Shown here: one piece after another, positions 9,644 to 18,195 of the stretch
How the letters are laid out: each line of letters begins with the position of its first letter
Position numbering within the stretch: the stretch's first letter is position 1
DNA from: Prevotella sp.
Lineage (GTDB): Bacteria; Bacteroidota; Bacteroidia; Bacteroidales; Bacteroidaceae
DNA length: 64,000 bases
Reading direction: 5' to 3'
Assembly: GCA_017443345.1 (NCBI GenBank)
Contig: JAFSNR010000039.1
Span: 6,278-70,277, forward strand
The notes under the pieces: generated by a model
Told to the model about the DNA's origin: nothing
Database searches by the model: none
What the model saw: the letters and a program-made list of their open reading frames with translations, nothing else
Program-made: the position numbers and the translations under genes

Positions 9644-9704
9644 GTATTGTACCATAGTCGTAGCCGACTAAGCGGGCAATCGTAGCCGACCTGGTCCTTT
9701 GTGT

Positions 9705-9944
9705 CTACTTCTTGATGAGGGAGGCAATCCACAGGATGGCGACGGCACCGATGATGGCTGTGCCAAGCTGGCCCAGGATGCCACCCCACTGAATGCCGAG
9801 CTGACCGAAAAGCCAGCCACCGAGAACACCACCAAAAAGGCCGAGGACCAGATTCATGATGAAACCGAATCCACCACCTTTCATCAACTTGCCAGCACAG
9901 AAGCCAGCCAAACAACCGATAATAATCGAACCAATAATTCCCAT
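9705..9944 (-). CDS. GlsB/YeaQ/YmgE family small membrane protein
   Basis: 79 aa, Gly-rich: 'IGCLAGFCAGKLMKGGGFGFIMNLVLGLFGGVLGGWLF'. Confidence 0.9.
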   Translation of the reverse strand: MGIIGSIIIGCLAGFCAGKLMKGGGFGFIMNLVLGLFGGVLGGWLFGQLGIQWGGILGQLGTAIIGAVAILWIASLIKK

Positions 9945-9987
9945 AATCGTATATTTAAAAAATTCAACTTGTCTGTAAAAGAAACGC

Positions 9988-11115
9988 CTAGAGCTTCAGC
10001 TTATTGGTAACGGGGTTGGCATAAATACCGAGGAAGATGTCCTTGAGGGCATCGACATCGCTATCGAAGCGTTCGAGCTTGGCGAGACGGGTCATGAAAG
10101 CTTCTTTTTCTTCACGGCTGTACTTGTTGGAGAACCTCCGCTGACCATAGAGCAGATCGTGAGCGATGTAGTTATTGGGCCAGAGCTTATAGGCGCTGAG
10201 GATACGCTTGTCAATGAGCTGGGCGACGCGTTTGTGGTACTCGTTGTTGGTGCAGTTATTAAACTCGATCAGATCGCCCTCCGTGATGAGTTCACAAATC
10301 TGGAAATGGACACGGCCCTTGGGCTTGAGAATGCCCGTCAGAATGCTATTGAGGTCCTCGCCTGGCTTCTTGATGTATTTGACATTCTGACTGGCATAGA
10401 GCTCGAGCGCCTTCAGGATGTCGCACGACTCCCACTCATAGGATACGGCAACGGGGGCGATGTTCAGCTCGCTCAGAGCGTCAATCTTATTCTCGGACTT
10501 GCTCATGCAGAACATCTTGATGATGCCCTGGTCTGTCTGGTCATTGCCGTCCTTGGTCCTGCCGTTGCGCTGGGCTATCCAGACGGATTCACGCTCTTCA
10601 TTGATGACGTGGCGGATATAGCTGGACAGGTGCAAGGAGCTCTTGTAGAAGTCCTTGATGCCGCCTCCTGGGCGCTCTACACGGAACATCCTGTTGGACT
10701 TGCCGATATCGACCACCAGCGGGTTCATCATCAGATTGGCACCGAAGGTGATCTGAGTGGTCTCCAAGCCTGCATCGACCAGGGCATTCTGGAGCAAGGA
10801 GGCGTCGAGCATGATGTCACGGTGATTGCTGACAAAGAGATAAGGCGTGCCTTTCTGCAGCTTCTCGGCTCCTTCGAACGTGAACGCCTTGATGCTGTTG
10901 TGAATGATCTGCTCATTCACCTTGTGCATGATGCCATATTGGAACTCCTTGACGGTCTTGAAACTGCGTAACAGGTTCTTCACATCATCCAAGGACTGGT
11001 CGGGACAGACATAGGATGCCAATAGCGGCATGGCAGGACTGTCGGCTATGCGACTCATCGCAGCTGGGATCTCCTCGTCGCGATAAGGACGGATGTCGTC
11101 GAATTCTTCCTTCAT
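9988..11115 (-). CDS. Glycerolipid acyltransferase (PlsC-like, HX4D)
   Basis: 'FVSNHRDIMLD', 'WIAQRNGRTKDG'. Confidence 0.85.
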   Translation of the reverse strand: MKEEFDDIRPYRDEEIPAAMSRIADSPAMPLLASYVCPDQSLDDVKNLLRSFKTVKEFQYGIMHKVNEQIIHNSIKAFTFEGAEKLQKGTPYLFVSNHRDIMLDASLLQNALVDAGLETTQITFGANLMMNPLVVDIGKSNRMFRVERPGGGIKDFYKSSLHLSSYIRHVINEERESVWIAQRNGRTKDGNDQTDQGIIKMFCMSKSENKIDALSELNIAPVAVSYEWESCDILKALELYASQNVKYIKKPGEDLNSILTGILKPKGRVHFQICELITEGDLIEFNNCTNNEYHKRVAQLIDKRILSAYKLWPNNYIAHDLLYGQRRFSNKYSREEKEAFMTRLAKLERFDSDVDALKDIFLGIYANPVTNKLKL

Positions 11116-11118
11116 GAT

Positions 11119-14007
11119 TTATGAGTTTAGGATGTCGTTGAGATTGATCACATTGGGTCTGTTCCCGCCATCTGGCATGTTCACGGCGTTACAGATATGA
11201 AGATTGGCGGGCATGGGCTCACAGGCCTTTGCCAGGTCGTAATCATCAGTTGTATCGGCGTAGGAATAGACTTCTATTTCGGGATGAACGAGTGCGAAGA
11301 GAAGGGAGAACTGACCACGTCCGGCATGGAGCACGGTGACCTCCTTCGCAGCACCATCAGCAGGCTGATAGCGATCGATCCAGGCGCTGAAGTCGTCGAA
11401 CCGCTTGAGCAGCTTCCTGGTCTCGCGCTCAACACCGATGCCCTTATAGGTGTATTTGCCAATGAGGTAATGGTGGTAGTCGTGCGTCGTGCCTGCCTCG
11501 TCAGGATTCCGACGCTTCAGGATCTTGCGCAGGGCCCAGCCGATCGTGATGGGCTCAGGGCGCACGACGCCGTTGCTCTTAACCAGCCACCCGAAGACCA
11601 GCGGTGGAATGACCCATGCCATCAGGACCACCGTGAACATGCCGACGATGGTGACCTCGGCGAGGGAATGGAGGGCAGGATGCTTGGCGACAATCAGCGA
11701 TCCCATGCCGATAAACATGATGAGGGCTGAGATGATGATGCTGTTCTTAAACGAGGGCAGCAGCTTCTTCTTATAGGCAAACTCGTTGATCAGGCCATCG
11801 GTGATAAAGATCGTGTAGTCGTCGCCCTGTCCGAAGATGAAGGTGGCGAGGATGACGTTGACGATATTGAACTGCATGCCCAGCATGCTCATGATGCCCA
11901 GGATCCAGATCCATCCCAAAGCCATGGGGAGGAAGGCCAGCAGACTCAGTTCCAACCTGCCGAAGGAGATCCAGAGGAAGATGAAGACGATGAATCCGCA
12001 GGCGAAACCGATATAGTTGAAGTCGTCGGACAAAGAGCTGGCGACGGCACTGTTCATTCGCATGAAATCAAAAGTATAGCCTGTCTCCCCTAACCTGTCG
12101 TTCAGGGCTTTCTCTATCTGAGCGAAATGGCTGTTGTCGGCATGAATGACATCCACCACCGAACAATTACCGTTACTGGTGCTGAAGGAATTGCTCATCA
12201 GCACGGATCGGATAGGCTCGAACGCTTCAAATGATTGGGGAGAATAGGCAGCAGAGATGATCGATTCGAACCCGCTAAAGGCATCCGTGCTAAACCCGAA
12301 TGACGGGGCCTTCGCTGATAACATGGCCTTGACATCGTCGCGATGCGCATCCCAGAAAGCGTTCCATCGATCAATCCTCTTCTGCTGTTCGTCAGAAGAG
12401 CATAGGAAGGAGGTGACATCTGAATAGCTATCTAAAAGACTCTTATTCTTGAGCGAGTCGAGCAGCGGTGCTATGTCCTGCCGCTTCTGAAGCGCAGCGT
12501 TCCAATCATCGCCCTCAGTCACCAGATAGATATTGGCCGTATCGTTCAGTCCAACAGAGGCCTGCATACTGGACAACAGCCTGGACTGGCGATCAGTCAT
12601 ATAGTTGATGTGATGCATGTTGGTGTCGAATGAGGTATCCAGACTGAAATAGCCGAAGACGACTGTCAGCAGCAGGATGACCCATAGCAGCCACCTATGA
12701 CGCTCGGGCGACATCGAGGACAGCTTGCCAAACGTCAGGCGCTCCTCGGTCTCAATCACCCGCTTCTTGACCAGATGGGGCAGGAAGATCAAGACGAAGA
12801 AGATGGTGCCCACCAGCATAAAGGCCGCAAAGAGACCCAGATCGCGCAAAGCGGGGGCATCGAGAGGTATCAAACTGGCAAAGGCGCCAACGGTCGTGAT
12901 GTTGCCGATCAGAAGTGGGGATATCATCTCCTTCAGCACCTCACGAACGGTTCCACCGTGATCGGTGTGGGCAATGAAATGAAGGGGATAATTGACGGCA
13001 ATACCAATAATGATAGAGCCTATGCCCAGAACAATCAAGGACACGTCGCTGCGAACGACAGCCATGAAGCCCATGGCAAACAGCCATCCGAAGACGATGG
13101 CCACACCTATCAGCAACAGGTTCTTGACCTTCCGGAAGGAGAACACCAATAACGTGAGTATCAGGGTGACCGAAATGGATATCGCCCACTGGCTGTCCTT
13201 CTTGATCTGGGCAGCATTACCGACGGCAATGACGGGTGCTCCGGTCGTCAAGACCTCGACATCAGGAACGGCCTCCATGGTCTGAAGGGCCATGCTGTCG
13301 ACATGCTCTACAAGCCGGCTGTTATTGGCTGACTCCATCGCTCCATAAGGCGAGGTCATCATGGCGATGGCATACTCTTTCCCAGGGGAAAAGATATAGC
13401 CATTATCAAACTCGATCGGTACGATCGACTGACGTGACTGTAACCTGTCCAACACGGGGCTGAAGAGCCCTAAGGGATCCTTGCTGATATTAGACGAGAA
13501 CAGTCCTGGTGCAGGCATCATAATCATCTGCACATCGTTGGCCAACTGCTCGTTGACCAGCTCGGGCGTCGACAAGATGCGCTCCATCCGGACATAGTCG
13601 GAATCACGGAGCATCAACGGCATCTGGTCATAGATGAAATCCGTGATGCCTGATACCTTCTCGAAATCGATCTGGGTGGTGATCTCACTGATCTGACCTC
13701 GCTCACAAGCAGGTTGCATCAGAACAGCGAACGTATCGACGGCATTCGTGAGCGTCTCTTCGTCGCCCTGACTGCCTTCTTTCAGTTTCAGCATCGCAAA
13801 AACCCTCTGACCGCCTGAAATCTCCTGATAGAGATTGATGGCTTTCTGCTCATTGCCACTGACTGGTAAGAAATCATAGATGTTCTCGTTGTATTTCATC
13901 GAGGCCATCATGACCAGCAAGATGCAAACGATGCCCGTCAGCAGCCAAAAGCACAAGGACTTCCGCTTCTGAAAGAGATCAAATATATGTAGGAAAAATT
14001 TTTCCAT
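11119..14007 (-). CDS. MMPL/RND family transporter with a short C-terminal methyltransferase-like tail
   Basis: Two TM bundles, motifs 'GIAVNYPLH' and 'FGQGDDY'; tail 'KYTYKG...LHAGRGQFSLLFALVHP'. Confidence 0.85.
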   Translation of the reverse strand: MEKFFLHIFDLFQKRKSLCFWLLTGIVCILLVMMASMKYNENIYDFLPVSGNEQKAINLYQEISGGQRVFAMLKLKEGSQGDEETLTNAVDTFAVLMQPACERGQISEITTQIDFEKVSGITDFIYDQMPLMLRDSDYVRMERILSTPELVNEQLANDVQMIMMPAPGLFSSNISKDPLGLFSPVLDRLQSRQSIVPIEFDNGYIFSPGKEYAIAMMTSPYGAMESANNSRLVEHVDSMALQTMEAVPDVEVLTTGAPVIAVGNAAQIKKDSQWAISISVTLILTLLVFSFRKVKNLLLIGVAIVFGWLFAMGFMAVVRSDVSLIVLGIGSIIIGIAVNYPLHFIAHTDHGGTVREVLKEMISPLLIGNITTVGAFASLIPLDAPALRDLGLFAAFMLVGTIFFVLIFLPHLVKKRVIETEERLTFGKLSSMSPERHRWLLWVILLLTVVFGYFSLDTSFDTNMHHINYMTDRQSRLLSSMQASVGLNDTANIYLVTEGDDWNAALQKRQDIAPLLDSLKNKSLLDSYSDVTSFLCSSDEQQKRIDRWNAFWDAHRDDVKAMLSAKAPSFGFSTDAFSGFESIISAAYSPQSFEAFEPIRSVLMSNSFSTSNGNCSVVDVIHADNSHFAQIEKALNDRLGETGYTFDFMRMNSAVASSLSDDFNYIGFACGFIVFIFLWISFGRLELSLLAFLPMALGWIWILGIMSMLGMQFNIVNVILATFIFGQGDDYTIFITDGLINEFAYKKKLLPSFKNSIIISALIMFIGMGSLIVAKHPALHSLAEVTIVGMFTVVLMAWVIPPLVFGWLVKSNGVVRPEPITIGWALRKILKRRNPDEAGTTHDYHHYLIGKYTYKGIGVERETRKLLKRFDDFSAWIDRYQPADGAAKEVTVLHAGRGQFSLLFALVHPEIEVYSYADTTDDYDLAKACEPMPANLHICNAVNMPDGGNRPNVINLNDILNS

Positions 14008-14014
14008 GCACTAA

Positions 14015-14839
14015 TCATCTGTAAACCGTATACTGTAAACCGTAAACCAGTCTATCCAACCACTCCAGGAACCTGGACTTCCACTGGATGGCCTCCGTTG
14101 TCGTCTTCTCTGGCGACACCCCGAAGCCATGACCTCCCGTACGGTAATGCTCATACTGGTGAGGAATCTTGTGAACGGTCAAGGCTGAGTCGAGCATCTC
14201 TGCATTGTGATAATGGACGATCGGATCGTCATCACAGTTCATCAGGAAGACTGGCGGACAATTGGCAGGCACATGATGTTCCAACGACAGCGAATCCTTC
14301 ATGGTCTGTGAGGGGTTTTCGCCTAAGAGTCCACGACGGGAACGTTTATGAGTCGTGGGATGAGTCATGGAAACCACAGGATAAAGGGGGGCGACGAAGA
14401 ACGGGCTGGAGGGTGTTCCAGCCAACTGCTCGGCCCCATGCATCACAAGATGGCCTCCCGCAGAAAAACCCATGCAGCCAATGCGATCAGGACGCACCCC
14501 ATAGGAAGATGCCTGGCTGCGCACACTGTCGAGTGCCTGACACAAGTCGTTGAAGCCAGCAGGGAATGAACGGGATTTCATGTGGACGTGAAAGGCGAAG
14601 GAAGCCCAGCCCGCATGACTATACTCTAACACAAACGCGGCAATGCCATGATCGCGAAGCCACTCTGCAACATGGTGGCCTTCGCCCTGCTTATCAAGCC
14701 AACAATAGCTGCCACCAGGACAAACGATGACACCTGTCCCCGTGGGATTCTCCTTGGGTATGTAGGGCGTCAGTTTATAGGCATTGACACCCAATGGACA
14801 AAGGAGAAGGGTAAAAAGAAATAAAAACAGATATTTCAC
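14015..14839 (-). CDS. Alpha/beta hydrolase (esterase-like)
   Basis: 'VCPGGSY', nucleophile elbow 'GFSAGGH', 'DDPIV', 'GGHGFG'; signal peptide. Confidence 0.85.
   Translation of the reverse strand: MKYLFLFLFTLLLCPLGVNAYKLTPYIPKENPTGTGVIVCPGGSYCWLDKQGEGHHVAEWLRDHGIAAFVLEYSHAGWASFAFHVHMKSRSFPAGFNDLCQALDSVRSQASSYGVRPDRIGCMGFSAGGHLVMHGAEQLAGTPSSPFFVAPLYPVVSMTHPTTHKRSRRGLLGENPSQTMKDSLSLEHHVPANCPPVFLMNCDDDPIVHYHNAEMLDSALTVHKIPHQYEHYRTGGHGFGVSPEKTTTEAIQWKSRFLEWLDRLVYGLQYTVYR
14019..14046 (-). repeat. 4 heptamers (mRNA sense TTTACGG/TTTACAG-type) encoding the hydrolase C-terminus
   Basis: Plus strand CTGTAAA CCGTATA CTGTAAA CCGTAAA. Confidence 0.85.
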
Positions 14840-16086
14840 TTCAGAAATGATTTTGAAAAATGGTTAAGTTCGGTAAAAAATACTTTTTCTTTCTCACCAA
14901 TGGTCTTTAATATATCACCTAGTTCATCATAGGTATAGTTTTCGCCTGCACGGTGCTTGACAATCCTGGAGGCTTTATAGGCAAACTCTCGCCACAGATC
15001 GCCGATGTCTGTGATACGGGCTGAATAATCATTGAATTCGGATATACCCGTCTTTTCTGCAGCTTCCTGCAGAAACGCACCATAGATAAAACGGAAGCCA
15101 GCCCCACCAGTCCCAATCTCCTCGAGCATTCTGATGACCTGAGCCAGGTTCTGCTTGGCACGACGAGCGCCCATCTTACTTTCCCAGGTACGTATTCTGC
15201 GGGAAAGATACAAGATGCCATTGGCACCCGCAATGTGGATGAAATCGGGCTGAGACACCATGTTCCAGCACGTCTTCCTAATGGACTTAAGGATCAAGGG
15301 CCTCAAATCGGGCAGTTGCTCAGGTACAGACTTGATCCAGTACATCTGTCCCAGTAATGGATAGGTTCCACCCGTGGCAAAGCGCACTTTCAGGAGATCC
15401 TCACGACTGATCGTCACCTTCTGAGTGGCATTAGAGTCCAACACACAATAATCGCCAGTCTTTTCGTCCTTTCCTGTAATGCAGATGTTATGACCATTAA
15501 AATGGAAACGATACTCTACAGGCAGATAAGGCAGGTTGAACATCCCCACGACGCATCCCACAGGCTTCTTCTGTTCCAAGATGACCTGATCCAGCTGTCG
15601 CATGGCTTTCTCTTTACTGAGATAACGATGGGTCTCAGTCTGGATGCCCAGCAGACTGGTAATGCGCTTAAACAAGACACCAGGGAAGGTCCTGAAGGCC
15701 GTTACTGGCATGCCAGACATTTTGATAAAGGGCAGATGGGTAAAGAACAGGCCACTGGCCAAGCCAAACACCATCGGCTCGGACAACTCAATGCCATAGT
15801 AGCGCAACAATGTCGAGATAGCCCCATTTTCGCAATGGGCTGCAGGCTGATGACTCAAGGGCAACTCGAAACCATGGAAGTCGGTGGTCGCATTCATGGT
15901 CATCTGCGCCCTCACCTCCTTATCCTTATCCTCCTCTAAGGCCAGATCGAGGGCGTCGTTCTTAGGCGTCCACCCGTCGCTCTTGACCATGTGGTATTTA
16001 CCCTCACTGTCAACAGCGTAGGTCTGATCCCTGACAACAGCGTCCTTGCAATATTTCAGGTCCTGAGGAACTTCTTCAATCTTCAA
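14836..16086 (-). CDS. BtrH N-terminal domain (NlpC/P60-like Cys-His) protein with an extra ~60 aa N-terminal segment
   Basis: 'AHCENG...SEPMVFGLASGLFF', 'FNGHNI', 'EEIGTGGAGFRFIYGAFLQEAA'. TTG start; an alternative ATG lies at 15903. Confidence 0.75.
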   Translation of the reverse strand: MKIEEVPQDLKYCKDAVVRDQTYAVDSEGKYHMVKSDGWTPKNDALDLALEEDKDKEVRAQMTMNATTDFHGFELPLSHQPAAHCENGAISTLLRYYGIELSEPMVFGLASGLFFTHLPFIKMSGMPVTAFRTFPGVLFKRITSLLGIQTETHRYLSKEKAMRQLDQVILEQKKPVGCVVGMFNLPYLPVEYRFHFNGHNICITGKDEKTGDYCVLDSNATQKVTISREDLLKVRFATGGTYPLLGQMYWIKSVPEQLPDLRPLILKSIRKTCWNMVSQPDFIHIAGANGILYLSRRIRTWESKMGARRAKQNLAQVIRMLEEIGTGGAGFRFIYGAFLQEAAEKTGISEFNDYSARITDIGDLWREFAYKASRIVKHRAGENYTYDELGDILKTIGEKEKVFFTELNHFSKSFLK

Positions 16087-16114
16087 CTCTAAACTCTAAA
16101 CTATAAACTATAAA
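16087..16114 (-). repeat. 4 heptamers at the darB / BtrH-like junction
   Basis: Plus strand CTCTAAA x2, CTATAAA x2. Confidence 0.9.
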
Positions 16115-16119
16115 CTCTC

Positions 16120-17256
16120 CTAGCAAACCGTCAACATACAATAACTGTATGAGAAGCGTGCACTTTCGGGTATCATCACCATGACCTTCTGACCTTTCTC
16201 CAGTTTGCCGGACCTCATCAGTTCTTCAATCATCGCAAAGGCAGAGGCAGAGCCTATGTTGCCTATCTCGGGCAGATTATAGAACCACTTCTCCTCCGGA
16301 ATAAAGAAGCCCCTGGCCTTCGACTCTTCTAAGATCACGTCCTTAAAGAACATAGACGACATGTGAGGCAGGAGCCAGTCGATATCATCGGGTGTAAAAT
16401 GATATTTCGCACCCAGCTGTTTGAGATACTCAACACCCAGGGGAACGATGTTTTCAGCCAACAAGCGTGTATCCTGCTTCACGGCGAACAAGGATTTCGT
16501 CAGCCAGTCTTTCTGGGGATAAGATGCCCAACCATTCAGATGACCATCAAGGTCCTTGTCTGCTCCTGCGTACATACAGGTCTCTTTCGTATTGGCAAAG
16601 GATGTGATATCTATCCAGTCCACACGAAGCGACAGACCATCAGAGACAGGCTCATGCTGGAGCAACAAGGCGAAGGCACCATCCGACAACATCCAACGCA
16701 GGAAATCCTTCTGGAACGCGAGCATCGGCTGATCCTCCAACAGTGCCAGCTGCTCGGACTCTTCCTGGAAATAGGAGGCCTTCATCCATGGGGACAATCG
16801 CTCAGAAGCGACAGCCACAGCATTTTCAGACATGCCCATACTCACGGCCATAAAAGCATATTTCAAGGCATCGACACCTGTACAACATGAACCTGCAAAC
16901 GACACGACCTCGATGTTCTTCTGTCCCCCCAACTCGCCATGTACCATCACGCCATGGGAGGGTATCAACTGTTCAGGGGAGCCTGTACCACATGCCAGAA
17001 GATCGATGTCATCGATCGTCAGCTTATTATCCAACAGACCACGCACGGCATTAGCGGCCATCTCGACGTTGGTATGCGTCACATGACCTTCTTTGTCGAG
17101 CGCATAATATCTCTGTTTGATGCCGTTTCGTCTGAGGATAATCCGTCGTGCCTTTGAGGGTTTCCCGTCTATCATGCCAAGATACGCCTCCATATCGTCA
17201 TTGCCGACTGGATCGTTTGGCAGAAACCTCGCAGCTCTATTGATATATACATTCAT
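16120..17256 (-). CDS. darB: DarB/StlD-type ketosynthase (KAS III-like)
   Basis: 'ILRRNGIKQRYYA', Cys in 'AGSCCTG', His in 'LPHMSS', Asn in 'GNIGSAS', 'IPESARFSY'; adjacent to a darA-like gene. Confidence 0.82.
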   Translation of the reverse strand: MNVYINRAARFLPNDPVGNDDMEAYLGMIDGKPSKARRIILRRNGIKQRYYALDKEGHVTHTNVEMAANAVRGLLDNKLTIDDIDLLACGTGSPEQLIPSHGVMVHGELGGQKNIEVVSFAGSCCTGVDALKYAFMAVSMGMSENAVAVASERLSPWMKASYFQEESEQLALLEDQPMLAFQKDFLRWMLSDGAFALLLQHEPVSDGLSLRVDWIDITSFANTKETCMYAGADKDLDGHLNGWASYPQKDWLTKSLFAVKQDTRLLAENIVPLGVEYLKQLGAKYHFTPDDIDWLLPHMSSMFFKDVILEESKARGFFIPEEKWFYNLPEIGNIGSASAFAMIEELMRSGKLEKGQKVMVMIPESARFSYSYCMLTVC

Positions 17257-17259
17257 ATA

Positions 17260-17308
17260 CTATAAACTGTAAACTGTAAACCGTAAACTGTAAACTCTAA
17301 ACTCTAAA
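17260..17308 (-). repeat. 7 heptamers at the darA-darB junction
   Basis: Plus strand CTATAAA CTGTAAA CTGTAAA CCGTAAA CTGTAAA CTCTAAA CTCTAAA; contains the darA stop. Confidence 0.95.
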
Positions 17309-18179
17309 CTCTTCTACGAAGAGGATAAGTCAAATAATAAAACAACTGTCCGAAAGGCGATATCAGGAACAGGACAAACAGAAGATAATAGAAGAAGGCA
17401 TTTACCCTCAGGCTCCTCCTCTTATCCCTGAAACCACCTTTACGGCGTATAAACTTGGCCCAGAATCCAAACATACGATGCCCTGTTTTTTCCAGGAACA
17501 GGATGGATGGCTTATAATCGATGGCTCCAGCAGCCAATAATCTATCTTGTAACTGACTGAAATCACCATCTCTGGTTTCATCAAAAATGATCTCCCCAAA
17601 TAGTGAACAGTCAGATAAATCAGCATCCGAAATACCTGCATCGGGCAATAGGAACGATTCCCCCTTCTTGCCATACATGAGCCATCGCACAATGGTCAGG
17701 GCACTCACCAGATTGGCATGCCTATCCTGAAGCACGATCTGGCCAACGAAATGGGCCTGTATGTCGCGCAGATATTCCTGGATCCTACGGCTGGTCATCA
17801 GCCACATATTGCGACAGGCATTGACAAAAAGGACGTTCCTACCCCTTAGATAGTTCCTGACATCAGTATCTTCGAAGAACGACTGAAGAGGGAGGGAGGG
17901 TGACAAGAACCAGGACTGTCCTACAACCATGACCAGATCGGCATCTGCTACGTCAGAACAGTCTATTTTCCGGATTCCGGATGGTGGTATTCCCAAGCGC
18001 GTCTCTGGGAAAGTGTCAAAGAACTCGTATTTGCTCCATGGATAGGGATAATCCTGCACAGGGATAATCTCCTTAAAGACCACGCAACAGCCAACCTTTT
18101 CCAACGGCTCACAGATACTTCTGGCCACGCTTAATGCCTGTCCGCTCTGGGTGTAGTAAAAGACGACGCACTTCTTCAT
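17304..18179 (-). CDS. darA: Dialkylresorcinol biosynthesis protein DarA-like (flavodoxin-like N-terminus)
   Basis: 'VFYYTQSGQ', 'YPYPW..FFDTFPE', 'WFLSPSLP', 'ACRNMWL', 'NLVSALTIVRW'. Confidence 0.8.
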   Translation of the reverse strand: MKKCVVFYYTQSGQALSVARSICEPLEKVGCCVVFKEIIPVQDYPYPWSKYEFFDTFPETRLGIPPSGIRKIDCSDVADADLVMVVGQSWFLSPSLPLQSFFEDTDVRNYLRGRNVLFVNACRNMWLMTSRRIQEYLRDIQAHFVGQIVLQDRHANLVSALTIVRWLMYGKKGESFLLPDAGISDADLSDCSLFGEIIFDETRDGDFSQLQDRLLAAGAIDYKPSILFLEKTGHRMFGFWAKFIRRKGGFRDKRRSLRVNAFFYYLLFVLFLISPFGQLFYYLTYPLRRRV

Positions 18180-18181
18180 AA

Positions 18182-18195
18182 CTGTAAACCGTAAA
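18182..18195 (-). repeat. 2 heptamers at the GT2-darA junction
   Basis: Plus strand CTGTAAA CCGTAAA, directly after the stop. Confidence 0.7.

Noticed and set aside
10159-10971. 270-aa plus-strand ORF
   Set aside because: Shadow of the acyltransferase; no motifs.
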